Sequence record: MG748548
DNA: 64,000 nt
Direction: 5' to 3' (one strand)
From: Escherichia phage EP335
The notes below the pieces were generated by a model. It was given only the letters and a program-made list of their open reading frames with translations, searched no databases and was not told the origin of the DNA. Positions 39,150 through 47,543 of this stretch are shown one piece after another. How positions within the stretch are numbered: position 1 is the stretch's first letter; each line of letters opens with the position of its first letter. A program made the position numbers and the translations under genes.

Positions 39150-40997
39150 TCAGTGTGTGTGATTCCAGTTTAATCCAATCTGACAATCAGATGCCAGAGG
39201 GCATTCCATCTTGAGATACTCACCAGCTTTCTTAACACAAAGCTCTGTAAGTTCTTTTAGTTTTTGTGCATCATTACGGTGAACAGAGAACTGCCCTTCA
39301 TCGTGCATGTCAATAACCTTCGCACAACGAACACTATCACGCTCAATCCACTTGTTAAGGAAAAGCATGGCATACTTCATAACAATCGCACCAGCACTCT
39401 GTAAGAGTGTATTCAGTGCTTTATGAACCATAACCTTACCTGTTGCGTCACGTCTCATTGTAATACGACGACCATCAACACCCAAGATATAACCTTGAGC
39501 TGCTTTCTCTGTCATACGCTCAATAAGAATTGCAATACAAGGATTCTCTGCCAAGAAACGTGTTCTCATTACTGAACCTTCTTCAGAGCCTCCACCAACA
39601 ATAGAACCAAGCTTAGCATCACCTGCTCCGTAGTTGAACGCATAGATAAACGTCTTAGCGTTGTCACGAGTAGGAAGACCAGCAAGTCTCTGGTTGTGGG
39701 AGTGGATATCACCTTCTAATAGAATGTCACGATACATAACAGCAGAAGCTAAACCACGTTCAGCTAATGCTTTCTTACCAGCGTTACCTTCTGCAATTGC
39801 TTCAGCAAGCATGTCTCTACACTCTTTAATGAGGTAGTGAGCAAGCATACGAAGTTCTAATCCAGAACCATCATAACCTAGGAAGAGTTCTCTACCAGCT
39901 GGTACATAATACTTATACAGCCCTACTGGTTTGTCTTTCTTTCCGGGTTTTCCACGTTCGTAGATAACGTTTGTATTTTTTCGTAAGTAACACCCATCAG
40001 GGATATTGTTGGTAATGATGAAAGGATAGTTATGACTATCATCTGTGGAGTAGTTAGATTGAAATAAACTCCTACACTCGTGACCAAACAGACCGCGAGA
40101 AGGAATATTAACAACAATGCGATGTTTAAAACGAAATGTCGGAGTAGCGCAGCTATTAGCTTCCGCTGAGAGTTTACCATCTGGACGTTCCTTATCAATC
40201 AGTCCATTAATCAAGCCTAGTCTGTGAGCCGCTACAACACGTCTCTTAAGCAGACTTCCCACTTTACCTAGATCACCCTCAAGACCTTCTTCAAGAGTCT
40301 CTTCGAGGTTTGTAGGAGCTGTGGGCCACTTGTTCGAAGTAGCTAATGCTCTCTTAATTTCATCAAAGGTTACAGGTTTCTTCCTGTTAGGGTTTAAACC
40401 TAAACCAAAGACATAAGCCTTCATGTAGTTGACAGTTTTGTGACGAAAGTGCTTATCCAAGAACTTCTTGATATCAGCATCAACCATCTGAGCTGTCTGT
40501 CGCTCTTTCTCATTGCCACGCATCCAAGAGTTGTACCATTCTTGATACGTTCCACACTTACGCATGGCTCGCTTAATCTCAAATGTGTTCCAAGGCTTCT
40601 TAGATGTATTAAATTCTGGAGGAAGAAAACCTTCATCCATCAGTGCTTCTTTAACTCGTGCATCCTTTGATGGGTCAAAGTCAACATACTCAACACAAGT
40701 AAAAGCTCCACCAATATCTTCTCTCTTTAACCCCACTCTGTCGCAATATAATTGAGGCCACTTCTGAAGAGCACCAGTCTTCTTAAAGGGTTTCATGTAA
40801 GTAGAACCATCAACCCTCATCTTAGGTAACAGAGGAATCAGCTCTCTGTCGATGTTAACGATAATCTCTCTGAGAAGGTGAACATACCACCGTGCATTCC
40901 TCCGATTAAAGTTGACACCACTCTTCGCTTGCTTTGAAATTATATCAGCGACAGTCATCTCCGTTAAGAACGGAAGTACATCAGGGTTCTCCATCAC
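39150..40997 (-). CDS. DNA polymerase, family A, polymerase domain only
   Basis: motif A DGSGLELRMLAHY, motif B RDNAKTFIYAFNYGAGDAKLG, motif C VIDMHDEGQF; no 3'-5' exonuclease motifs in N-terminus. Confidence 0.85.
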   Translation of the reverse strand: MMENPDVLPFLTEMTVADIISKQAKSGVNFNRRNARWYVHLLREIIVNIDRELIPLLPKMRVDGSTYMKPFKKTGALQKWPQLYCDRVGLKREDIGGAFTCVEYVDFDPSKDARVKEALMDEGFLPPEFNTSKKPWNTFEIKRAMRKCGTYQEWYNSWMRGNEKERQTAQMVDADIKKFLDKHFRHKTVNYMKAYVFGLGLNPNRKKPVTFDEIKRALATSNKWPTAPTNLEETLEEGLEGDLGKVGSLLKRRVVAAHRLGLINGLIDKERPDGKLSAEANSCATPTFRFKHRIVVNIPSRGLFGHECRSLFQSNYSTDDSHNYPFIITNNIPDGCYLRKNTNVIYERGKPGKKDKPVGLYKYYVPAGRELFLGYDGSGLELRMLAHYLIKECRDMLAEAIAEGNAGKKALAERGLASAVMYRDILLEGDIHSHNQRLAGLPTRDNAKTFIYAFNYGAGDAKLGSIVGGGSEEGSVMRTRFLAENPCIAILIERMTEKAAQGYILGVDGRRITMRRDATGKVMVHKALNTLLQSAGAIVMKYAMLFLNKWIERDSVRCAKVIDMHDEGQFSVHRNDAQKLKELTELCVKKAGEYLKMECPLASDCQIGLNWNHTH

Positions 40998-41009
40998 CCT
41001 CTCCTTTTA

Positions 41010-41387
41010 TTATCGGTATAGTAAATCTGTAAACGCTTGGTTGTCTGCTATTACGTCCAAAGCCTCATCCGTGCTAGGAACTTCAGTTTCTTCCACTTGG
41101 TACGCAACCTCACGTACACGGAAAGCTCTTGCAGGAACCCTAAAGCCAGCATGTCTCTCCATAACATCTTTCTGAACCTGTGCAAGCTTCATACCCCACA
41201 CTTCTTCATAAAGCTCTGGATGTTTATTACTAATAACTACATACTGACGATGTACGGACTTCGACTCTCTGACCTTAGCTAATAACTCATTAAACAAGTC
41301 TAACTCTTCTTCAGAGAGCGCATCTACAACGTCTTCCCACTTCTCTACACAGAAGCGGTGGGCATGTCTGATAGGAAGTGACATCAT
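41010..41387 (-). CDS. hypothetical protein
   Basis: ORF track 125 aa. Confidence 0.45.
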   Translation of the reverse strand: MMSLPIRHAHRFCVEKWEDVVDALSEEELDLFNELLAKVRESKSVHRQYVVISNKHPELYEEVWGMKLAQVQKDVMERHAGFRVPARAFRVREVAYQVEETEVPSTDEALDVIADNQAFTDLLYR

Positions 41388-41642
41388 TTACCCCTTAGGA
41401 AAAGGAAGAAGATTCTCTACTGCAACACGATAAACCTTTTCTACGTTTTTGTTTTTATAGGAGATGAACTTGCCATCAGCACCACGAAGGATTACATTAG
41501 TGCGAGCAGTCTTCGGGTTCTGGGAAATCTGACCAGCAATGATAGATGCATTAAGTGCGTTCTCAGCGTAGTTAGTAAACTTCCACTTAACAAGTTTATT
41601 GGCAATTGAATCGATAATGGTTACAGTTTTTACGATAGACAT
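41388..41642 (-). CDS. hypothetical protein
   Basis: ORF track 84 aa. Confidence 0.45.
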   Translation of the reverse strand: MSIVKTVTIIDSIANKLVKWKFTNYAENALNASIIAGQISQNPKTARTNVILRGADGKFISYKNKNVEKVYRVAVENLLPFPKG

Positions 41643-41711
41643 AATTTCTTACCTAAGAAGTTTAATTTGGTTTATATAAAAGAAAAGGCCACCCAAACGG
41701 GTAGCCTCTGA

Positions 41712-42026
41712 TTAACTAGAGCTTAAAGCTCCTTTGCGACCGCCAGCTGATTTTCCAGCGCGATCTCCACTTTTGCCGCCAGCTGAACGATTTCCGCTGA
41801 CTGTCTCAACACGTAAATTGCTTGACGCATTAGAGCCTCCTGATTTAATGGCTCGTTTGTGTCCGACATCTTTACCTTTGAGTGCAGATTTTCCAACGCG
41901 TTTTTCAACGATGCGACGTGCACGGTGGCGCTGAGCATCTCCGCTCTTACTTCCAATTCCCGTTTCACCTCTTGCGATGGCTGTACGTCTTTCTTGTGCA
42001 TAATCTCTTTTAGCCTTATCAGTCAT
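41712..42026 (-). CDS. small basic low-complexity protein (G/K/R/S-rich)
   Basis: aaggag RBS 7 nt upstream of ATG 42026 supports this frame over overlapping ORF 41723..42001. Confidence 0.5.
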   Translation of the reverse strand: MTDKAKRDYAQERRTAIARGETGIGSKSGDAQRHRARRIVEKRVGKSALKGKDVGHKRAIKSGGSNASSNLRVETVSGNRSAGGKSGDRAGKSAGGRKGALSSS

Positions 42027-42084
42027 TTACAACTCCTTAATATATCAGTGTACACTAAGGAGTATACATTATGAGAGGGTAGCT

Positions 42085-42825
42085 TTAGTTGCCATCCTTC
42101 TCCATAGCTTTAACGATTGCTTTACAGAAACCAGAACGAACAATATCATCCGAGTCACCATCAACAATATCAGCGAACTCATACAGATCGTGCTCGTCAA
42201 TGAACTCGGTAGCCCAAGTAAGACCACTCTCTCGACCTTTCATATCGTGCTGGTTAGTGTCACCCATGCAGAACAGCTGGGATGTTTCACCCAAGCGAGT
42301 CATAATAGAGAATGCTTCATCTTTGGTTGTATTCTGGAACTCATCCACAATAACAATGGCATCATTGAAAGAGCGACCACGGAGATATTCCAGAGGTACG
42401 AACTCAATATTACCGTTACCAAGCTGGCATTCATAGAAACCTTTACCATACCGCTGAGTGATTACATCAACAATAGGCATTAGGTACGGTTCGAACTTAT
42501 CACGAAGCCCACCCGGAAGTAGTCCAAGAGAGTTACCCATGCCAACAGAAGGTCGGCTAATGATAATCTTTTGAATCTTACCGCTCTTCAGTGCATCAAT
42601 GACAGTAGAGGTGATGACGAACGTCTTACCACAGCCCGCAGGAGCGTCTGTGAACACCACTTGTTTAGTCTTGATAGCATTGAGCAGCTCAGATTGAAAC
42701 TGATTCTGAGGGACCACTGGCTTCGCTAAAACAACCTCTTCATATTCACGCTTACCCTTCTTGGTGACTAAGGCTTCACGACGTAAATCTTTACGAGACT
42801 CTCTACGGGACTGTCTACGGCTCAT
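42085..42825 (-). CDS. phoH: PhoH-like ATPase
   Basis: P-loop DAPAGCGKTF, motifs YLRGRSFNDAIVIVDEFQN and GDTNQHD. Confidence 0.8.
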   Translation of the reverse strand: MSRRQSRRESRKDLRREALVTKKGKREYEEVVLAKPVVPQNQFQSELLNAIKTKQVVFTDAPAGCGKTFVITSTVIDALKSGKIQKIIISRPSVGMGNSLGLLPGGLRDKFEPYLMPIVDVITQRYGKGFYECQLGNGNIEFVPLEYLRGRSFNDAIVIVDEFQNTTKDEAFSIMTRLGETSQLFCMGDTNQHDMKGRESGLTWATEFIDEHDLYEFADIVDGDSDDIVRSGFCKAIVKAMEKDGN

Positions 42826-43007
42826 TTGCGCTCTCCTAGCTCTTCGTAATTAAATACAGAGGTTCGACAATCTTTACATGTTGTTGTATAGACCCGAACA
42901 TTAATGAACTTCTTGTTCTTCCCTTTGGTGGGTGAGCCTTTAGCAAGCTCACTAATAACCTTAGAACTCAGGTTTAGGTTTGTGCCCTCGCATTTAGAGC
43001 ACTTCAC
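42822..43007 (-). CDS. small zinc-ribbon protein
   Basis: CSKCEG...CKDC pattern, 61 aa. Confidence 0.4.
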   Translation of the reverse strand: MKCSKCEGTNLNLSSKVISELAKGSPTKGKNKKFINVRVYTTTCKDCRTSVFNYEELGERK

Positions 43008-43170
43008 TCAGGCTCACCAACAGTAACTTCCCATACAACTTGAGAGATGATATTGTTGATCTGTTTGATTTGCTCGTGAGTCAGTTGCATGCCTTTCATT
43101 TTCCGAGAGGCATTACTTCGTGCTCTTCGCTGACGGTAGAAGTTATTCTTCTTAACAGAGTGTAAGCTAC

Positions 43171-43416
43171 TCATTTCACAAGCTCCACTTCTTCAATGCT
43201 GTACCCTTCATAATCCCACTCATCTCCCCAATAACTCTCCTTACCTTCGAGAAGTGATTCAATAACTCGCTCACGGTGTTTATCTGGAATAGGAAGACTT
43301 TCTAAATCCTTGCGTTCAGGGGGTGATAGAAAAACTTTGACAGCATAGGAGTAATCAGAACTCCCTTCCATCTCTCCTGCAAGTTTTGTTAAGACGAAAC
43401 ATTTAGATGCAGTCAT
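43171..43416 (-). CDS. hypothetical protein
   Basis: ORF track 81 aa. Confidence 0.4.
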   Translation of the reverse strand: MTASKCFVLTKLAGEMEGSSDYSYAVKVFLSPPERKDLESLPIPDKHRERVIESLLEGKESYWGDEWDYEGYSIEEVELVK

Positions 43417-43634
43417 TTCACAACCTTAAACTTAAATGTTGTTGGGTGGTAGTAGTGTAACCTGTTTATTGTATGCTTAGTCTCATGATACAGGATACAA
43501 GAGTGGCACATTGAATGGTGCAAACAGGTTACTGGATTACGTTTGAAATTGGCAATAAGCTTCCGCTTGTTACAGAAGCTACATGTTTTGTGTAAGTCCA
43601 TTAACTCTCCAGAGTTTTCCTTAGAGCTGACCAA
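43413..43634 (-). CDS. small Cys/His-rich protein
   Basis: ORF track 73 aa (CSFC...CLHHSMCHSC). Confidence 0.35.
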   Translation of the reverse strand: MVSSKENSGELMDLHKTCSFCNKRKLIANFKRNPVTCLHHSMCHSCILYHETKHTINRLHYYHPTTFKFKVVK

Positions 43635-44257
43635 GAAATTGGGTAGAGTTTAGCCATCTCTTCATCTAATGACTGAGCAAACAGTCGAACTTCATACTGA
43701 GCATGGGATGATAGTCGTTGACGACACAATTCAAACCAGCCATACAAACTACCAGTCCATACCCACTCAGTAATCATCCCCTGAGGAAGAACAAAGCGAG
43801 CTTGCTCTGGTGCAACAAATTCAATTAATTTGTCATAGGCTGCCAGTGAAGCCTCATACGCATTATTGATTAGCATTAATGCTTCGGCTCGTTCTCCGTT
43901 GACAAGCTGTGTCCCTGAACCTGCATGGAGGTCCGAAGGTCTCGCAAAAATCTCTTTAGGGATGAAGACTTCAACTGCTCCATCTTTATACCGCCGGGAC
44001 ATTTCGTTCCACGAGAATCCAACCTGATGTTTTTGTAGTTGACGAGCTATTGCAATTGGAGCTTTACATCGAAAAGATACTTGAGGGTGTCTGAACGGAG
44101 TACAGTGTTTCTCTCTGGCAAGAAAGTTGATTAATCGAGTATCACGATCATTCAAATCACCCTCTCGCACAACACCGAAAGAAACTCTTGCAGCATTAAC
44201 AACTGTTTTATCACTACCCATAGCTTCAATCAATGTTGCCTTCAATTGTTCATTCAT
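43601..44257 (-). CDS. thyX: flavin-dependent thymidylate synthase ThyX-like
   Basis: ThyX-type signature region ARQLQKHQVGFSWNEMSRRY (SxxxxSxRY present; canonical RHR replaced by KHQ) and C-terminal ARFVLPQG...GWFELCRQRL..HAQYEVR. Confidence 0.65.
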   Translation of the reverse strand: MNEQLKATLIEAMGSDKTVVNAARVSFGVVREGDLNDRDTRLINFLAREKHCTPFRHPQVSFRCKAPIAIARQLQKHQVGFSWNEMSRRYKDGAVEVFIPKEIFARPSDLHAGSGTQLVNGERAEALMLINNAYEASLAAYDKLIEFVAPEQARFVLPQGMITEWVWTGSLYGWFELCRQRLSSHAQYEVRLFAQSLDEEMAKLYPISWSALRKTLES

Positions 44258-44732
44258 ACTTCAACTTCTCCTTGTTATAAGCAATCTCTGCTTCCTCTGG
44301 AGTGTGGAAAGTTCCCAAATGTTTAGTCTTTCCGCCAACTCCGATGATAGCTCTGAATTTTGTACCACTCGCCGTCTCTCTGATATAGACACCCATTGGG
44401 AGCTTTCCAGCTTTTCCGGCTCTGTTATATTGTTTCCTGTTATGACAGTTTGTAGATGGGTCAACATCTCTTAGGTTTTTAAGAGAGTCATCCAGTTTAA
44501 TCTGGTTGATATGATCAATCTCAAACTCAGGCATCTTTCCATAAGAGAAAAACCAAGCTAAACGACAAGCTCTGTAAGATTTTCCTTCGTAATAAATATA
44601 CCTGTAACCTAGTGTAGAGATACACCCAGCAATATTCCCAGCCACCCGTCTACCTTTGGTATTCTTCCACCGAAAGATTCCAGTTTCAGGGTCATAAGAC
44701 AGGTCTTCTTTTATCTTGTCAGTTAATATCAA
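44250..44732 (-). CDS. HNH homing endonuclease with AP2-type DNA-binding domain
   Basis: HNH motif EIDHINQIKLDDSLKNLR...NCHN and AP2-like GVYIRETASGTKFRAIIGVGGKTKHLGTFHTPEEAEIAY. Confidence 0.7.
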   Translation of the reverse strand: MILTDKIKEDLSYDPETGIFRWKNTKGRRVAGNIAGCISTLGYRYIYYEGKSYRACRLAWFFSYGKMPEFEIDHINQIKLDDSLKNLRDVDPSTNCHNRKQYNRAGKAGKLPMGVYIRETASGTKFRAIIGVGGKTKHLGTFHTPEEAEIAYNKEKLKYE

Positions 44733-44994
44733 AAGCTGTTACCAAGAAAGATTTCAGGTTTGCTTCAGTCTGCATACCAGATAAGCTATAATGTGCACCG
44801 CTGTTACGGTTAGGTACGATGAAAGCAGGAATACTTCGTACACCGTATTCGATAGCTCGATCACGACCATTGCCTTCGAGGATGTTAACCTCTTCAACTT
44901 CTAGGTTAAGCTCTTCAGCTAATTTGTTGAGGGTAGGGGCCATTGCTTTGCAAGGAGCACACTGATTACTATAAAACTTAATAACTTTATTCAT
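44719..44994 (-). CDS. thioredoxin-like protein
   Basis: CxxC active site in FYSNQCAPCKAMAPTLNKLAEE. Confidence 0.6.
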   Translation of the reverse strand: MNKVIKFYSNQCAPCKAMAPTLNKLAEELNLEVEEVNILEGNGRDRAIEYGVRSIPAFIVPNRNSGAHYSLSGMQTEANLKSFLVTAFDIN

Positions 44995-45167
44995 TCACTC
45001 TTCCCATTTACAAACAGCTCAAGATGTCGCTTGGTAGTGGGGACTACGATATAGTCCTTGTAGCCATGAGACTTAGCAAGCTCTTCTGCTATCTTTTTGG
45101 TAGCACCTAATGCTACTACACATCGGCACACGATGATTGTGTGCGCTTTGTATTCATCTTTGTTCAT
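44991..45167 (-). CDS. unannotated small ORF, 58 aa
   Basis: translated by eye (MNKDEYKAHTIIVCRCVVALGATKK...); stop TGA overlaps ATG of thioredoxin gene (ATGA). Confidence 0.35.
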   Translation of the reverse strand: MNKDEYKAHTIIVCRCVVALGATKKIAEELAKSHGYKDYIVVPTTKRHLELFVNGKSE

Positions 45168-45174
45168 AAAAACC

Positions 45175-45360
45175 TTAAGCAGTGATCAGGTGGAGGATAA
45201 ACGGGATGACTACAGAGATGATAACCCAAGCAACAGATGCGATTTGAATTTCAGCTTTCTTGTCAGGAGTTTCTTCAATAAGTTTCTTGCTACCATAATA
45301 AACACCTCCGCCAATGAGAAGTGCCCAAATACTCCAAATGATTGCTGATAACATATTCAA
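45175..45360 (-). CDS. small membrane protein with two TM segments (holin-like candidate)
   Basis: 61 aa; hydrophobic segments AIIWSIWALLIGGGVYY and VAWVIISVVIPFILHLI. Confidence 0.45.
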   Translation of the reverse strand: MNMLSAIIWSIWALLIGGGVYYGSKKLIEETPDKKAEIQIASVAWVIISVVIPFILHLITA

Positions 45361-45412
45361 TTCCTTATAAATAAGTTCGCCCTACCTCGGATTAGGAGAC
45401 AGGGCGGAGGTT

Positions 45413-46000
45413 TTAGTATGAGACGTCACTAGAGTGTGACATGTTACTTTTAACGAAGTAGCAATACTTGCCTAACCCTTCGTTGATTTCTTGGAGCATG
45501 CTCTGGTCAACTGGATACTCGCTCAAACATCCATCGAACTCATCCATTTTGTCAATCATGCACATTAAAGACATGCACATATCAGAGAGCATACCATCCA
45601 TATCTAGGTCTGCATTTCCTTCAGAGAACCAAGAGTGTGATAGGTAGTTAGAAGCAGTTGCATCCACCTTAATACAGTGGAAACGCATACGTTCAGCTAT
45701 CCGATCACCTGTCTCACGAGCATAATCTTCAAGCTCATCAAACATTCCATGAACACCCTGAAATCCTGCACCAGATACGTTCCAGTGATAATTCTTAGCT
45801 TTGATATGCAAGAGTTCTAAATTAGCTTGAATACCGCATAGAATGTGTTCTAGGCTGTTTCCACTAATCATCCCTTGCATACGCTCTAAACGGGAGATAG
45901 AAGAGTCTGTTTCACGTAATACATCACGGAAAGAAGTCTCTTTTGTTAGAGTTGGTAGGTCGAAAACATTGTGATTAGGCATTAGGATTCTCTCCATCAA
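45413..46000 (-). CDS. dps: Dps/ferritin-like protein
   Basis: Dps signature LHIKAKNYHWNVSGAGFQGVHGMFDELEDYARETGDRIAERM. Confidence 0.7.
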   Translation of the reverse strand: MMERILMPNHNVFDLPTLTKETSFRDVLRETDSSISRLERMQGMISGNSLEHILCGIQANLELLHIKAKNYHWNVSGAGFQGVHGMFDELEDYARETGDRIAERMRFHCIKVDATASNYLSHSWFSEGNADLDMDGMLSDMCMSLMCMIDKMDEFDGCLSEYPVDQSMLQEINEGLGKYCYFVKSNMSHSSDVSY

Positions 46001-46304
46001 GTTCTACTGAGTTCGCAACATTGCGTGTAATGTTATCCATTACCTGTTGGGTGATAACGATGCAGTTCTGTGGGTCAACCGACTTAGAACGTCCCATCTC
46101 AGGGTCATACACTTTAACGCGCTTTGCTGTAGAACCAGTTACCTGTAACACCTTGAGAAGATAACCCTGATTCCCGATAGACCATGCAACAACATCACGA
46201 TTCTTGATGAATCGACCAAGCATATCACGATGATAGAACTGCTGCATAACCTTTGATTTATTAATCTCTTCGGCTGGCGGAGCCACTTTACTCAAATCTA
46301 ACAT
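45975..46304 (-). CDS. hypothetical protein
   Basis: ORF track 109 aa; overlaps Dps start. Confidence 0.35.
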   Translation of the reverse strand: MLDLSKVAPPAEEINKSKVMQQFYHRDMLGRFIKNRDVVAWSIGNQGYLLKVLQVTGSTAKRVKVYDPEMGRSKSVDPQNCIVITQQVMDNITRNVANSVELDGENPNA

Positions 46305-46335
46305 TTCACTCTCTCCTGTTCAATACAATATTCTT

Positions 46336-46350
46336 ATACTGTATATACAT
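46336..46350 (-). promoter_or_regulatory. promoter-like motif AATGTATATACAG (minus orientation)
   Basis: reverse complement of 46336-46350; about 35-45 nt upstream of minus-strand gene start 46304. Confidence 0.3.
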
Positions 46351-46376
46351 TTGAGAGTGATCATATCTACTACCAA

Positions 46377-46583
46377 CTAGTAGAAAACTGCTTTGGATAT
46401 AAAAGAGCCAGTATTAGGGTCCTCATGCCATCGATGCATAGTGACTTTTGAGATAACCTTGCAAGCTTTCAAGTTTTTCTTGGTGAGACGAGCTTCTTCT
46501 CTGGTGTTGAATAACTTGATGGTATCTTTACCCACACGCTCTTCTACTCTCCACACTATTCGTATAGCCCACATCTTTTTCAT
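46377..46583 (-). CDS. small protein, paralog family A (member 3)
   Basis: 68 aa; shares MKK.W.V.I...TRE.AR..KKNLK...Y pattern with two upstream neighbours. Confidence 0.45.
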   Translation of the reverse strand: MKKMWAIRIVWRVEERVGKDTIKLFNTREEARLTKKNLKACKVISKVTMHRWHEDPNTGSFISKAVFY

Positions 46584-46798
46584 TAGTAATGTACCTTTCC
46601 GCTGATATAAATACGGCCTGAGGTATACTCATAGCCCTTGAGGATTTTGACAGAGGAAACACTATTCATCCCACTGAGAGATTTCTTAAGATTACGTGAA
46701 CCCTCTCGTGTTTTCTGATAGGTCATGGTTGTATTACCATTATCCCACTCTATCTTAACTATCCAAATTCTTTTCATAAGACCTGCTCTCTTTACCAT
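46583..46798 (-). CDS. small protein, paralog family A (member 2)
   Basis: 71 aa (internal start MKRIW possible); ATGA overlap with neighbour. Confidence 0.45.
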   Translation of the reverse strand: MVKRAGLMKRIWIVKIEWDNGNTTMTYQKTREGSRNLKKSLSGMNSVSSVKILKGYEYTSGRIYISGKVHY

Positions 46799-46995
46799 TA
46801 GTAGTACACCTTGCTATTGGCGAAAAAAGCACCTTCGCTATTCACAATAGCTTTTCCTAATGTAACCTTGTTAAGTCTAAAAGTAGACTTGTATTGATTT
46901 TTGACCCTACGTGCGTGATCTCGAGTCTTAACAAAATCTACAGCTACCAAGTCTCCAGTCATGTTATCATGTACACGAACAATCCACTTTTTCAT
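46798..46995 (-). CDS. small protein, paralog family A (member 1)
   Basis: 65 aa MKKWIVRV...; ATGA overlap with neighbour. Confidence 0.45.
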   Translation of the reverse strand: MKKWIVRVHDNMTGDLVAVDFVKTRDHARRVKNQYKSTFRLNKVTLGKAIVNSEGAFFANSKVYY

Positions 46996-47529
46996 TTACA
47001 CACCCTTAGAAGCAACAACACCTTCGCTACCATTGTAGCGACCTTTAACTGCATAGGAATGCTCACCAGCATGTGAATGCTCAAACATCACCATCTGACC
47101 GACACGCATACCAGCACGAACCCGTAAGCTGTGGTGCTTGGTTACGTTATGGAACTCAAATGTCAGCTTGCTATTGTTAAACCCAGCGTCTGCCCAACCA
47201 GCGTGCAAGTGGTTCAAGCCACAACGAGCCATTGAAGATCGTAGAACAAACAAGCTGGAGATGTTATCTGGGAGGTTGAACTCTTCCATTGAGTGAGCCA
47301 AGAAGAATTGTCCCGGAGTGATGATAATGCCATCTTCAGGGATTTTTACTTCTTTCCACTTGAGGTTTTCTTTCGCATCAATGTCAACAATCCCATCAGC
47401 CTGTTCTTCAATAAGGATAGTATCACCAACACGGATATCCACACTAGCAGCGTTAACATACTTATGCTCCGCATCCAGAAAACCGTTGTCGATAACGTCG
47501 TGTAATTCCATGCTTCCTAATAAACTCAT
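46996..47529 (-). CDS. dcd: dCTP deaminase / dUTPase-superfamily protein
   Basis: motif SSMARCGLNHLHAGWADAGFNNSKLTFEFHN...GMRVGQMVMF. Confidence 0.7.
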   Translation of the reverse strand: MSLLGSMELHDVIDNGFLDAEHKYVNAASVDIRVGDTILIEEQADGIVDIDAKENLKWKEVKIPEDGIIITPGQFFLAHSMEEFNLPDNISSLFVLRSSMARCGLNHLHAGWADAGFNNSKLTFEFHNVTKHHSLRVRAGMRVGQMVMFEHSHAGEHSYAVKGRYNGSEGVVASKGV

Positions 47530-47543
47530 TCTTATTCCTTATG

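Noticed and set aside
41723-42001. 92-aa ORF overlapping the 104-aa basic protein gene in another frame
   Set aside because: The 104-aa frame (41712..42026) has a canonical aaggag RBS 7 nt upstream of its ATG; the 92-aa frame has no comparable signal and is probably a shadow ORF.
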